Source: Felis catus (taxonomy: Eukaryota). Taken from it: a DNA stretch of 64,000 bases. Location of the stretch: the NCBI RefSeq assembly GCF_018350175.1, contig NC_058368.1, positions 91,328,001 through 91,392,000 of the forward strand, in the 5' to 3' direction. Each line of letters opens with the position of its first letter. Positions within the stretch are counted from its first letter, which is position 1. Shown piece after piece: positions 12,336-25,100 of the stretch. Under the pieces are notes generated by a model that was not told the DNA's origin, searched no databases, and saw nothing but the letters and a program-made list of their open reading frames with translations. Position numbers and translations under genes: made by a program.

Positions 12336-13399
12336 TTCCTTTTAAGTCTTTTTCATTTATTTCCACCCTGATCTTCATTATTTCCTACCTTCCAACTTTG
12401 AGCTTTGTTCTTCTTTCCCTATTTCCTTTACTTGGAAAGTTAGAATGCTAGTTTGAGATTTTTCTTGTTTCTTGAGGTAGGCCTGTATCACTATCAACTT
12501 CTTAAAACTGCTTTTGCTGTGTCCCAAAGATTTGAAACCATTGTTTTTTCCATTTTAACTTGTCTCCGTGGTGGGTTTTTTTGTTTGGTTGGTTGGTTTG
12601 GTTTTAATTTCCTCTTTGATTTCTTCATTGACCCATTTAGAAACCTCTGCCTGTTGTTTTTTTTTTTTTATTTCCACTTTTTCCTTGTAATTGATTTCTA
12701 GTTTCTTACTGTATGGTTGGAAAAAATGCTTGATATGATTTCCGTCTTCTTAAATTTATTGAGACTTGTTTTGTGGCCTAACATGTGATCTCTCCTGGAG
12801 AATGTTCCATGTGCACGTAAAAGGAATGTGTACTCTGTTGTTTGGGGATGGAATGTTCTGGATATATCTGTTCATTCCACCAGGTCTAATGTGTCATTTA
12901 GGTGCTCTTATGTCGGGTGCACAGATATTTACAATTGTTATATCCTCATGTTGGATAGATTCCTTTTTCATTATGAAATTCCCTTCCTTCTCTGTTGTTA
13001 CAATTTTTGTTTTAAAGTCTTTTTTGTCTGACATAAGTGTTGCTACCCCAGCTTTTTTTCTTTTCCATTTGCATGGGATATCTTTTTCCATTCCTTCACA
13101 TTCAGTCTCTGTGTGTCTTTAGGTCTGAAGTGAGTCTCTTTTTGGCAACATATAGATGTATCTTGTTTTTGTTTTTTTGTTTTTTATCCATTCAGTAACC
13201 CTAGATCTCTAGGTTGGAGCATTATGTGAATGTTATACTTTTTGTAATTGTCCAGCAGTTCTTGGATAGCTATTCTGTTAAAAAAAAAATTTTTTTTTTT
13301 TGCATGTAAGCTTGAGACATCTCTAAGCTCACTTATCTTAAGCTCACTGATTATTTTTTCACCTCTGTTAATCTCTCTTACAGGGTCTTTTATTTCTAG

Positions 13400-13401
13400 T
13401 T

Positions 13402-13444
<43 letters not shown>

Positions 13445-13813
13445 TTGGACACACGTGGAAGAGAGAGAATCTTTTTTTTTTAATGTTGATTTTATTTTTG
13501 AGAGAGACAGAGAGTGAGAAGGGGAGGGGCAGAGAGAGACACACACACAGAATCTGAAGCAGGCTCCAGGCTCTGAGCTGTCTGCACAGAGCCTGATGCA
13601 GGGCTCAAATCTATGAACTGTGAGATCATGACCTGAGCTGAAGGTCGGACACTTAACTGACTGAACCATCCAGGTGCCCCAGGAGAGAATCTTAAGTGGG
13701 CTTCACGCCCAGCACAGACACCGACACAGGGCTTTATCTCACGACCCTGAGATCGTGATCTGAGCTGAAATCAAGAGTTGGATGCTTAACTGACTGAGCC
13801 ACCCTGGCGTCCC
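13400..13813 (-). mobile_element. Nested CAN-SINE pair (inner 13472-13680 inside outer), with (TTTA)n tail
   Basis: The inner SINE is flanked by TSD GAGAGAATCTT and splits the outer SINE. Confidence 0.9.
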
Positions 13814-14320
13814 AAATACTGTTTCCTTTCAATTCTTCAGGCTTCCATCTCTCTGCTCATATTATCCATCTGTTCTTGCCCGTTACCTACTTTTTCCATC
13901 AGAGTCCTTAACATATTAATCATAGTTATTTTAAAGTCCCTAACTGAGAATATAAAAATATATCATATCAGTCTGGTTATGATGCTTGTTTTGTCTCTTC
14001 AGACTATTTCTATAGCCTGTAGCAGGGCTTTATAGCTTTGTTGAAAGCCAGACTTGATGTATCAGGTCATAGAAACTGAAGTAACTGGCTTTTAGTGTGA
14101 AGTTTTGGGGGGGGGGCCTTGAGGGGTATGTTTACTGTTTGCTATAGTTGTAACTGCCAGAGGCTTCAGTTTTCTTATTTTCCCCCCTCCCCCGTTGTGT
14201 TGCTGTGACCGTTAGAAGCATTTCTTAGCTTTCTTCCCCCTCCCCTTATATGACGCAGGAAAGCTAGAAATGTTTGGAGTTGCTTAATCGTCCTTCTCTC
14301 ATATCAAATAAAGTTCTGGT

Positions 14321-14472
14321 AGGGAGGTGGATGGGGGATTGGGGGGAAATAGGTGATGGGGATTAAGGAAGGCACCTGTTGTGATGAGCATCAGGTGATG
14401 TATGGAAATGTTGAAGCAACTAATATTACACTATATATTAACTGAAATTTAAATAAAAAATTAAAAATATAC
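14321..14472 (+). mobile_element. Very short carnivore L1 3'-end insertion
   Basis: GGTGATGGGGATTAAGGAAGGCACCTGTTGTGATGAGCA...AAATAAAAAA; TSD ATAAAGTTCTGG (14308-14319) / ATAAGGTTCTGG (14473-14484). Confidence 0.88.
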
Positions 14473-15545
14473 ATAAGGTTCTGGCAAAGTGACTTCCCTT
14501 AGAGTGTATGCCTTTGCTATGGACAAAGCCCATATTTCAAAATGGTTACTTTCCCCTCCCTCTGCCCAAAACATAAGAGGATTTTTCTCTCTTCTCTGTG
14601 AGAACCTGGTGGGATTCCTGGAGATAAAACCCATGAAAGTCTGAGGGCCCCTCAAAGACTGGATTCCCAGGAGCTTTAAACTCTCAGTCTAGCCCACCAC
14701 ACTCGGCATCGGGTTCATCAGTTTCCGTTTATGTGTGCCTATAAATACTAGCAGTCCTGTCAGTACAGTTCCTACACTACAAGATCAGGCAAACCGATCG
14801 TGCCTGGGATTCTCTGTATGTGCAGATTTGTCCAGATTTTGGGGTGGCAGTGTGTCCTGTGACCTTAATTCTCTAATGAATCTAAGAAAACTTATTGAAT
14901 TCCAGTGTGTTCAGCTTTTTCCTGTTGTGAGGACGGAACTTGAAATTGAAATTGGAATTCTGGTAGATTTTAAAAATAATTTCTGAGTCTTTATTTTGGA
15001 ATTTAAAGGAATTAATTGCCATGGAATCTCTTGTAATCCAATAACTCTGGACCTCCACTTACTGAAACAAAATCTATGCTTTCCTGTAGCACCTTTGCTG
15101 TGTTAGGAAAACATGATAACTCTGATTTAAAAAGTTAGACGTGAGTGGATAGATACCCCACAAAAGAATTTTGGATCCATGAAAAATGAGCAGAAGAGAA
15201 TAGTGTTCACGTAAGCTAACAAAGGAATTTTACTGCCTTTTAGCAAAAGGGTTTGTGTAATGTGGAAAGACTGTGGTTAAGGCTCTAATGCGTTTGGTTT
15301 GGAAAGGGCAGAATTGCATTCATATTGGAGATCAGGGTGGTGTAAGCAATTTTTACCTAAAGGCTGACATGTGGATTGTCAGTCCGAATCCCAGTCCCCA
15401 ACCTGCTCTCCTTCCCTGTCTTCTCCCCTAGAGCCACTCTCCTTTTTCTGATACCAAGTTTTGGCCTGGAGTGAGAAACAGACGCTGGCTGAGCCTGCTC
15501 ATTCTCTAGGGGAGCTCAAAGCTTCCTCCAGGGAGGGGAAGTTCC

Positions 15546-16227
15546 TTTTTAAAATTTTTAGTTTTTTAATTAAGTCTTTAATTTTAATTCCAGTTAGTTA
15601 ACATACAATGTAATATTAATTTCAGATGTACAATATAGTGATTCACAGCCTCCATCCATCATCCAGTGCTCATCACAAGTGCACTACTTAATCCCCATCA
15701 CCTATTTTTTTAAAAGTTTATTTATGTATTTTAAGAGAGACAGAGACTGCGTGAGTTGGGGAGAGGGGAGAGAGAGAATTCCAAGCAGGCTCTGTATTGC
15801 CAGCGCAGAGCCCCATGCAGGGCTTGAACTCACAAAACCATGAGATCATGACCTGAACTGAAACTAGGAGTCGGATGCTTACTGACTGAGCCACCCAGGC
15901 ACTGCAGTCACCATCACCTATTTAACCCATCACCCCACCCACCTCCCCTCAGGCAGCCATCAGTTTGTTCTCTATAGTTAAGAATCTGCATCTTCTCTCT
16001 TTTTCCTTTGCTCATTTGTTTCTTAAATTCCACATATAAGTGAAATTATATGGTATTTGTCTTTCTCTGACTTATGTGGCTTAGCATTATACTCTCTAGC
16101 TCTATCCATTTAGTTGCAAATGGCAACTTTTCATTCTTTTGTATGGCTGAGAAACATTCCATATTATATATATTCCATATTATATTATTCCATGTTATAT
16201 ATATACATATGAATATATATACATATG

Positions 16228-16260
<33 letters not shown>

Positions 16261-17281
16261 GTACACACACACACACACACACACACCCCACATCTTCTTT
16301 ATCCATTCATCTATCAGTGAACACTTAGGCTGCTTCCATAATTTGTCTCTTGTAAATAATACTGAAATAAACACAGGGATGCATGTGTCCCTTTCATTTA
16401 GTGCTTCTGTAGTTTTTAGGTAAATACCTAGTAGTGTGATTGCTGGATCATAAGTAGTTGTACTTTTAACTTTTTGAGGAACCTCCATACTGCTTTCTGC
16501 AGTGGCTGCACCAATTTGCATTCCCATCAACTGGAAGGATGTTCCTTTTTCTCCGTATACTCACCAACATCTGTTGTTCCTTGTGGTTTTGATTTTAGCC
16601 ATTCTGACGGGTGTGAGGTGATATCTCATTGTAGTTTTGATTTGCATTTCCCTGATGATAAGTGATGTTGAGCATCTTTTCATGTATCAGTTGGCCATCT
16701 GGATGTCTTTTTTGGAGAAATGTCTATTCATACTTTCTGCCTATTTTTAAATTGGATTGTTTTTTGGGTGTTGAGTTGCATTATTAGTTCTTTATATATT
16801 TTGGATGCTAACCAAATCAGATATGTCATTTGTAAACATCTTCTCCATTCTGTAGGTTGTCTTTTAACTTTGTTGATTATTTCCTTCTCTGTGTAGAAGC
16901 TTTTCATTTTGATGTAGTTCTAATATTTTGTTTTTGCTTTTGTTTCCCTTGCCTCAGGAGATTTATCTAGAGAAATGTTGCTACCATCAATGTCAGAGAA
17001 ATTTCTGCCTGTGCTTTCTTCTAGGATTTTTATGGTTTTAGATCTCACATTAGGTCTTAAATCCATTTTGAATTTATTTTTGTGTATGGTGTAAGAAAGT
17101 GGTCCAGGTTCTTTCGTTTGCAGGTTGCTGTCCAGTTTTCCCAACATCATTTGTTGAAGAGACTTTTTTTCCCATTGGATATTCCTTCCTCCTGTGTCAA
17201 AGATTAATTGACCATGTAACTGTGGTCTTGTTTCTGGGTTGTCTATTCTGTTCCATTGACCTAAGTGTCTGTTTTTGTGCT
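15546..17281 (-). mobile_element. Carnivore L1, 5'-truncated, with a CAN-SINE at 15704-15903(-)
   Basis: ORF2 C-terminal fragments (YDPAITLLGIY..WKQPKCS..DEWIKKMW; LPFATKWIELESIMLS) and 3'UTR; SINE TSD CCATCACCTATTT. Confidence 0.93.
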
Positions 17282-18059
17282 GAGAGAAGTTCTAATATAG
17301 GTGAAAACCAAGGACAGAATCTGTTCTAAGTGTCAGAGGACAAACCGGTCAATGAGGTTACAAAGACATTTTTTCTTAGAGGTGCCTTATTAATTCTTTA
17401 TTGGCAAGAGGTCTCCTCTTCCCCTGAAGGCCATACTGGAACCAGAGTAGAACTCAAGGAAAAGAAGGCTTGGAATAGATACTTAGGCCTATGTTTGGTC
17501 CAGATCTTAAGCTAGATCAGCAGGCAATCCAATGGTTGGTATCTCACAAAAGTACATGTGCCACATGTGAAGATATATGGGGGAGTTTTGGCTGCCACAC
17601 TGACCTAGATAGAGGGTGATATTGTTATCTCTAGCCCAGGAGCCAGAAATGCTGTCTGGTCATGCATGGCATTGCCCTACACAATGAAAAATAATTCATA
17701 ATGAAGGAAAAATCATGCAGGAAAATGTTGAAGTTCACTAATAATCAAAAGAGTTTAAAGGGGAATCCAAGAGGTACTGTTTTGTTATTTTTGGTAGGAA
17801 AATATATTTTAATGACAATATGCAGTATGCATAGTGGTGCTGTAAAACTGTTATAGTCTTGCCTATATTGATGATAATGTTAATTAACACAACCCTTTTG
17901 AAAAGTCCCTTGGTTATATGTAGCAATGGTCATAAATATTCATGTTCTTTCATGGAATACTTCAAGATTTCTATCATAAGGAGGAGAAAGCAAGTCAAAT
18001 AACAATGACAACAACAAAAAACAGTTTGAGGGTTCATTTAAGATTTTTTGTTTGTTTTT

Positions 18060-18280
18060 TGTTTGTTTACAAACATTTATTTCTCACAGTTTTAGAGGCT
18101 AGGAAGTCCGAGATCACAGAACCAGAATATTGGGTATCTAGTGAATTTGGTATCGGCTTCTTCACAGACAGCTGTTTTTTTTCACTGTGTCCTCTCATGA
18201 CTACTCTTTTTTAAGCCCATTACTCCCATTCATGAGAACCCACCCCTCATGACTTTATCACTTCCCAAAGGCCCCATGAA
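18060..18280. mobile_element. ERVL-MaLR (MLT-type) LTR fragment
   Basis: Typical MLT motifs ATTTATTTCTCACAGTTTTAGAGGCTAGGAAGTCCGAGATCA and CCCTCATGACTTTATCACTTCCCAAAGGCCCC. Confidence 0.75.
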
Positions 18281-18444
18281 GCTTTAATATAATTCACTAA
18301 AAATTAGAAGTTTCAAGGGAATGGTTAGTTAACCCATTATTAACCATTAATCAGCCATCAATACTTGGATTAGAATTCATGTACATTTATACAAGCATGG
18401 CATATGAGATGAGTAATCTCATTTCATATTAATGAGATTAATAT

Positions 18445-18690
18445 TTAGCAGAGTGATCTTAGATAATAATACTGTATTGTATACTTGGAATTTGCTAAGA
18501 AAGTGGATCTTAAGGGTTCTCACTACACACACACAAAATGGTAACTATGTGAGTGATGGATTTGTTACTTAACTTGATTGTAGTAATCCTTCTGCAGTGT
18601 ATACCTATATTAAATCATTTTGTACACCCTAAATATAGTTTTTAGATTTGTTAATTATACCTCAATAAGCCTGGAAAGAAAAAAAAATGA
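18445..18690 (+). mobile_element. Old L1 (L1MA/MB-like) 3' end
   Basis: ATAATACTGTATTGTATACTTGGAATTTGCTAAGAAAGTGGATCTTAAG...AATTATACCTCAATAAGCCTGGAAAGAAAAAAAAA. Confidence 0.8.
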
Positions 18691-18819
18691 AACACTAAAC
18701 ACTCACTAAATGACACAGAAATACTCATTTAAAATGTGTTTCATTGACAGCTTTTAAACTTATGGCTGATAATTTTTATAATATTATAATTTTTTGTTTT
18801 TGATAAAAAGAGCATTTCA

Positions 18820-18939
18820 GGGGCACCTTGGTGGCTCAGTTGGTTCAGGGCCCCACTCTTGATTTCAGCTCATATCATGATCCCATGGGATTGAGCCCTG
18901 CGTCGGGGTCTGTGTTGAGCATGGAGCCTGATTGGCATT

Positions 18940-18988
<49 letters not shown>

Positions 18989-19095
18989 TCTCTTTCTTTC
19001 CCTCTTTCTCTCCCTCCCTCCCTCTGCCCCTCTCTTTCACTTGTGCTCTCTCTCTCTCTTTCAAACTGCATAAAATGAAAAAAAAATTTTTTTTA
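18820..19095 (+). mobile_element. CAN-SINE with long CT tract
   Basis: Head, long (CT)n tract; TSD AAAGAGCATTT. Confidence 0.93.
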
Positions 19096-19527
19096 AAGAG
19101 CATTTGAGAAACTACTTGTAGCTGGTAGTATAACCCCTTCACCTAATGCCCCGTGCAACTCCTGCATCATTTCTCATTTGTATGTCTCCCCTCACCGCCC
19201 TCCCCCCCATTTTCCCCACTGGGACCCTGTCCTCACTTCCCCATCCTCTGTCATGGAAGCACTGACAGAGAGTGAACCGCTCTATATACCCTTCCGAACA
19301 AATTCTCTGCTCCTGACCACCTCTCCATTTCCCTATTACTGAGTATGGGGCAATCAAAAAAATGGACTAATGGGAAAAAATGAAAAAAAAAATCTCTGGA
19401 CTAAAACTCAAAATGCCTGGGTTCTAAGCAAGCTTGGTGAGTTAGGAACTGTATCAGGAACTTTAAGTTTCTGATTCTCAGCAATCTCACCATCAAAGCT
19501 AAGAGTAACTATACATTGTCTGGGCAC

Positions 19528-19756
19528 CTTTTTTTTTTTTTTTAATTTTTTTTTCAACGTTTATTTATTTTTGGGACAGAGAGAGACAGAGCATGAATGG
19601 GGCAGGGGCAGAGAGAGAGGGAGACACAGAATCGGAAACAGGCTCCAGGCTCTGAGCCATCAGCCCAGAGCCTGATGCGGGGCTCGAACTCACGGACCGC
19701 GAGATCGTGACCTGGCTGAAGTCGGACGCTTAACCGACTGCGCCACCCAGGAGCCC
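19528..19756 (-). mobile_element. Young feline-type CAN-SINE
   Basis: TSD TGTCTGGGCACCTTT on both sides. Confidence 0.96.
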
Positions 19757-19861
19757 CTGTCTGGGCACCTTTAAGGAAATCAGCTTCTGATGAATATTAA
19801 GTGAGTGACAAGACTATAAAGAGTGCAGGAAATAATACATAAATAAATTAAGCAGGACCCC

Positions 19862-20065
19862 TACTACTAATAATAGCAACACTTTATTGAGCAAGAGTTT
19901 GCCAGGTGCTTCTTATCGGGTAACTCAGTCCTCGGGTAACTTAGGAGACAAATGGAATCATCACTGTCTTTTACAGATGAGGAAATGGGGACATGGGGAG
20001 CATAATAACTTGCTCAAGGCTTCACAGGTAATCAATGATAGATCTGGGATTAGAACCCAGTCACT
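19862..20065 (-). mobile_element. MIR
   Basis: MIR core TTTTACAGATGAGGAAATGGGG..TAACTTGCTCAAGGCTTCACAG..GGGATTAGAACCCAG. Confidence 0.8.
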
Positions 20066-20509
20066 CAGACATGCATTTCTTTTAGAGGCTGTCTCAACCA
20101 GTTAACCTTTCACCCCTTAGAGATGAGACCTCTGTGATGTCTCATGTATAGACACACACACACACACGCACACACACACACAATTTCCTCTTCAATGTCC
20201 TACAGACACTGAAAACTTTAAAAAATAATTTTAAAAATTAATTGCAAGAAGAAATAGATGACCATTTACTCATTAGACTTTAATGTAATGAAACTAGTGA
20301 GTGGAAATAAGATTTAAATAGATGAGCAGAGGCTAGAGCACTGAATTCCTGACTTTACCCTTGTGCCAAGCACATTAAAACACGTAGTTATAACAATTAA
20401 AGTGTTATGGGTGATTTATGTTCCTAGCCCAGCATCTTAATAGAACAGTTTTATAATAGAAACCCAAAGTCATTCTTTTAAATTTGGTGAAAATTTTAAA
20501 CAATTATGT

Positions 20510-21418
20510 TTTGGGTTTTTTTGGGGGGGGGTTGTTTTGTTTTTTTTTAGAGAGTGAGCATGAACAAGCAGGGGAGAGGGGCTGGGGGAGAAGGAAAGAG
20601 AATCTTAAGAAGATTCCACAGCAGGGGCTTGATGCGGAGCTCAATGTCACCACTGTGAGATCATGACCTGAGCCAAAATCAAGAGTTGGATGCTTAATTG
20701 ACTGAGCCACCCAGATGCCCCACAGCAATTGTGGTTTGGGTTTTTTTTTAAAGATATTTATTCATTTTTGAGAGAGCGCATGTGAGCGAGCATGAGCAGG
20801 GAAGGGGCAGAAAGAGAGGGAGACAGAATCTGAAGCAGGCTCCAGGCTCTTAGCTGTCAGCACAGAGCCCGACGTGGGGCTGGAACCACCAACCGTGAGA
20901 TCATGACCTGAGCCGAAGTCGGAGGCTTAACTGACTGAGCCACCCAGGTGTCCTGCAATTGTGTGTGTTTTTTTTAATTTTTTAAATGTTTATTTATTTC
21001 TGAGACAGAGACAGAGCATGAGTGGGGGAGGGGCAGAGAGAGAGGGAGACACAGAATCAGAAGCAGGCTCCAGGCTCTGAGCTGTCAGCACAGAGCAACG
21101 CAGGGCTCGAACTCACAAACCATGAGTTCATGACCTGAGCCGAAGTCAGTCGCTCAACCAACTGAGCCACTCAGACACTCCAATTGTGTTTTTTAAAAAA
21201 GCTTTATTGGGGCGCCTGGGTGGCTCAGTTAATTGTCAGACTTCAGCTCAGGTCATGATCTCACGGTTTGTGGGTTCGAGCCCCACGTCGGGTTCTGTGT
21301 TGACAGGTCAGAGCCTGGAACCTGCTTCGGATTCTGTGTCTCCCTCTCTCTCTCCACCACCCCCCTTCAGCTTGTGCTCTATCTCTCAAAAAATAAACAT
21401 TAAAAAAAAGATAAAAAA
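20510..21418. mobile_element. Stack of four CAN-SINEs: three tandem minus-strand copies (~20510-20721, 20740-20953, 20968-21180) and one plus-strand copy (21209-21418)
   Basis: Four heads and tails are readable; a CAATT(A/G)TG spacer recurs between them; TSD AAAAAAGCTTTATTG around the fourth. Confidence 0.93.
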
Positions 21419-21419
21419 G

Positions 21420-21720
21420 CTTTATTGAGATATAATTCGTATACCATAAAATGAACTCTTTAAAGTGTCAAATTCTATGGCATCTCATATATTCACAGAG
21501 TTGTGCAAACTCTACTTTAAAAATATTTTCGCCACCCCAGAAAGAAACCCTACACCAATTAACAGAAACTCTCATATCAGTCACTATCCATCCCCTGCCA
21601 GCCCTAGTCACTCGTCTAGTTCCTGTTTCTATAAACTTGTCTATTGGCATTTCATATAAATGGAATTATATAATACATGATTTTTTTTTGTCTTTGCCAG
21701 TATATTTAACATAGGTTCAC
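21420..21720 (-). mobile_element. Old L1 (L1MB/MC-like) 3' end
   Basis: TTTATTGAGATATAATTCGTATACCATAAAATGAACTCTTTAAAGTG...ATATTCACAGAGTTGTGCAA. Confidence 0.75.
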
Positions 21721-22191
21721 TGCAGGAATTATAATTTATAATAGTACCATTTCACAAGCCAGTGGTATGTAGGATAATGTCTCTTAATTAGCCATTAAAG
21801 CAATAACTTACTCCAAACCAATGATAAATTACACTGTTGTCCAAGGCAAAGGGGAGATGGAAGAAATAAAGTCCAAATTTAGTTGAAGTGGACCTCTCTA
21901 CCAGTTGGTTCTCTGTGGAGTCACTCCTTCCAAGTAAAATCTGGGTATCAGCTGCTGGCTTGGTTCCCTTCACCCAAGGGCATGTAGCTAGCAGATGATA
22001 GCACCAGTGTTGACAGACCAGGTGGACTGCTCTGCCCATGAGGAGAAGCCTCGCTGGGAGGAACAGATGCCCTTCTCCTACTGAAACTGCTGTATGGTTT
22101 TACACCACTGCTCACTGAGGATGGCCTGGCCATGGCAGGAACAAATGTCTCAAGATATCTGGAGAGCTATTTAGGTCAGCAAAGAGTCACC

Positions 22192-25100
22192 TAGTTTGTT
22201 GGCGTGTGATTTTTTATAGTATTCTCTTATAATTGTTTGTATTTCTGTGGTGTTAGTTTTGATCTCTCCTCTTTCATTTGTGATTTTGTTTATTTGGGTC
22301 CTTTCTCTTTTCTTTTTGGTAAGTCTGGTTTATCAATTGTATTTTTTCAAAGAACCAGCTCTTAGTTTCACTGATCTGTTCTACTGGGTTATTTATTTCT
22401 GCTCTAATCTTTATTATTTACGTTTTGCTGGTTTTCGGCTTTATTTGCTGTTCTTTTTCCAGCTCCTTTAGGTGTGAGGTTAGGTTGCATACTTGAGACA
22501 TTTCTTGCTTCTTGAGTAAGACCTGTATTTTTATATACTTCCCTCTTATTGACTGCCTTTGCTGCATCACAAAGGTTTTGGACTGTTGTGTTTTCATCTT
22601 CATTTGCTTCCATGTATTTTTTTTTTATTTCTTCATGTCCTTTTTCCTGGTTAACCCATTCATTCTGTAGTTGGATGTTCTTTAACCTCCATGTAATTTT
22701 AGTCTTTGCAAGTTTTTTCTTGTGTTTGACTCAAAGTTTCATAGCATTGTGGTCTGAAAATATGCATGGTATGATCTCAATCTTTTTGTTCTGGTTGAGG
22801 CCTGATTTGTGACCCAGTATGTGATCTATTCTGGAGAATGTTCCCATGTGCACTTGCAAAGAATGTGTATTCTGCTGCTTGAGGATGAAATGTTCTGAAT
22901 ATACCTAAGTCCATCCAGTCCAGGGTGTCATTCAAAGTCATTGTTTCCTTGTTGATCTTCTGCTTAGATGATCTATTTTGTAGGTGGGGTGTTGAAGTCC
23001 CCTACTATTCGGTATTATTATCAATCAGTTTCTTCAAGTTATTAATTGATTTATATATTTGGCTTCTCTCAAGTTGGGGATATAAATATTTACAATTGTT
23101 AGATCTTTTTGTTGGATAGTCCCCTTTATTTGATATCTTCATCTCGTTTTACAGTCTTTGTTTAAAACCTAGTTTCAGGGCACCTGGGTGGCTTGGTTGG
23201 TTAAGCATCTGACTCTTGATTTTGGCTCAGGTCATGATCTTATGGTTTGTGGGTTCGAGCCCTACATTGGGCTCCATGCTGGCAGTGCAGAGCCTGCTTG
23301 GGATTCTCTCTCCCTCTCTCTGCCCCTCCTATGCATGCTTTCTCTCCCTTGAAATAAATAAAATATACTTTAAAAAATATAGTTTGTCTGATACAAGTAT
23401 GGCTACTCCAGCTTTCTTTTGATGTTCGATAGTGTGATAAATTATTCTCTATCCCTTCACTATTTTTTTAAATTTTTTAAACATTTACTTATTGTAGAGA
23501 GAGACAGACAGACAGAGTGCAGACAGAGGAGGGGCAGAGAGAGAGAGGGAGACACAGAATCTGAAGCAGACTCCAGGCTCTGAACTGTCAGCACAGAGCC
23601 TGATGTGGGGCTCGAACCCATTATGACCCGAGCTGAATGAAGTCAGACGCTCAACCAATTAAGCCACCCAGGCGCCCCTCCCTTCACTTTAAAATTTTTT
23701 TAATTTATTATTATTATTTTTAATGTATATTTATTTTTGACAGAGAGAGAGATAGAGCATGAGCGGGAGAGGGGCATAGAGAGAGGGAGACACAGAATCA
23801 GAAGCAGGCTCCAGGCTCTAAGCTGTCAGCACAGAGCCCAACGTGGGGCTCGAACTCATGAACTGTGAGATCATGACCTGACCCGAAGTCAGACACTCAA
23901 CCGCCTGAGCCACCCAGGCATCCCTCCCTTCACTTAAAAAAAAAATTCTTTTTAATGTTTATCTTTGAGACAGAGAGAGTACGAGCAGAGGAAGGGCAGA
24001 GAGAGAGGGAGACACAGAATCTGAAGCAGGCTTCAGGCTCTGAGCTGTCAGCAAAGAGCCTGATGTGGGGCTTGAGCCTACAAACTCTGAGATCATGACC
24101 TGAGCTAAACACAAGACTCTCAACCGACTGAGCCACCCAGCTGCCCCTCTGTCCCTTCACTTTTAATCTGGAGGTGTCTTTGTGTTTAAAATGAGTCTCT
24201 TGTAAACAGCATATAGATGGTTTTTGTTTTTTAAATTCATTCTGACAACCTGTGTCTTTTGATTGGAGCATTTAGCCCATTTACATTCAAAGTAATTATT
24301 GATAGATAGGCATTTAGTACCATTGTATTGCCTGTTCCTACAGATTGTTCCTTTATAGTCTTTGTTGCTTTTGGTCTCTCCCACCCAAAGAGTCCCCTTT
24401 AATGTTTCTTGCAGAGCTGGTTTAGCGTTCATGAACTACTTAATTTTTGCTTGTCTTGAAAACTCTTTATCTCTCCTTCTATTCTGAATGACAGCCTTGC
24501 TGGGTAAAGTATTCTTGGCTGCATATTTTAGTGTGTGCATTTAGCACTTTGAATATATCATGCCACTCCCTTCTGGCCTGCTAAGTTTCTCTGGACAGGT
24601 CTGCTGCTAACTTTATGTGTCTATCCTTGTGTGTTAAGGACCTTTTGTCCCCAGCTGCTTTCAATTCTCTCTTTATCTTTGAGTTTTGGAAGTTTCGCTT
24701 GTGATGTGTCCTGGTTTTGACCTGTTTTTGTAGATTTTGAGGGGAGTTCTCTGTGCCTCTTGGACTTGAATGCCCGTTTCCTTTCCCAGATTAGAGATGT
24801 TCTCAGCTATTATTTGTTCAAATAAATCTTCTGCCTCATTTTCCCACTCTTCTTCTGGTACTCCTATGATGTAGATATTTTTGTGCTTCACAAAATCACT
24901 GAGTTCCCTAAGTCTATATTCGTGATCTAATAGTTTTCTTTTACTCTTCTTTGCAGCTTCATTATTTTACATAATTTTATCTTCTGCATCACTTATTCAG
25001 TCCTCTGCTTCTTCTCTCCTCATTGTAATTATATCCAGTCGGTTTTGCATCTCAGTTATAGCATTTTTTTATTTTGGCCTGACTAGTTTTTACATCTTTT

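Larger units (their letters stand above)
9795..13222 (-). mobile_element. Carnivore L1 ORF2 segment (endonuclease through C-terminal region), lacking both ends
   Basis: ORFs 12894-13091 (KKAGVATLMSDKKDFKTKIVT..EGNFIMKKESIQHEDITIVNICAP), 11850-12164 (YANKVDNLQEMDKFIETYNL) and 11521-11718 ([27 protein letters not shown]). Confidence 0.92.
13240..14940 (-). mobile_element. Old L1 5' region/ORF1 remnants (L1MC/L1MD-like), probably continuing the 6.6-9.8 kb element
   Basis: Antisense ORF1-like CCATCAGAGTCCTTAACATATTAATCATAGTTATTTTAAAGTCCC and 5'UTR-like TGTGACCTTAATTCTCTAATGAATCTAAGAAAAC; subfamily assignment from memory. Confidence 0.55.

Noticed and set aside
17550..17700. Possible MER20-like DNA transposon fragment
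   Set aside because: The resemblance is too decayed to support without alignment.
20500..24165. Regularly spaced repeats resembling an array (CRISPR-like or satellite)
   Set aside because: The long units are SINEs and the short ones are their TSDs; this is mammalian DNA with no cas genes.
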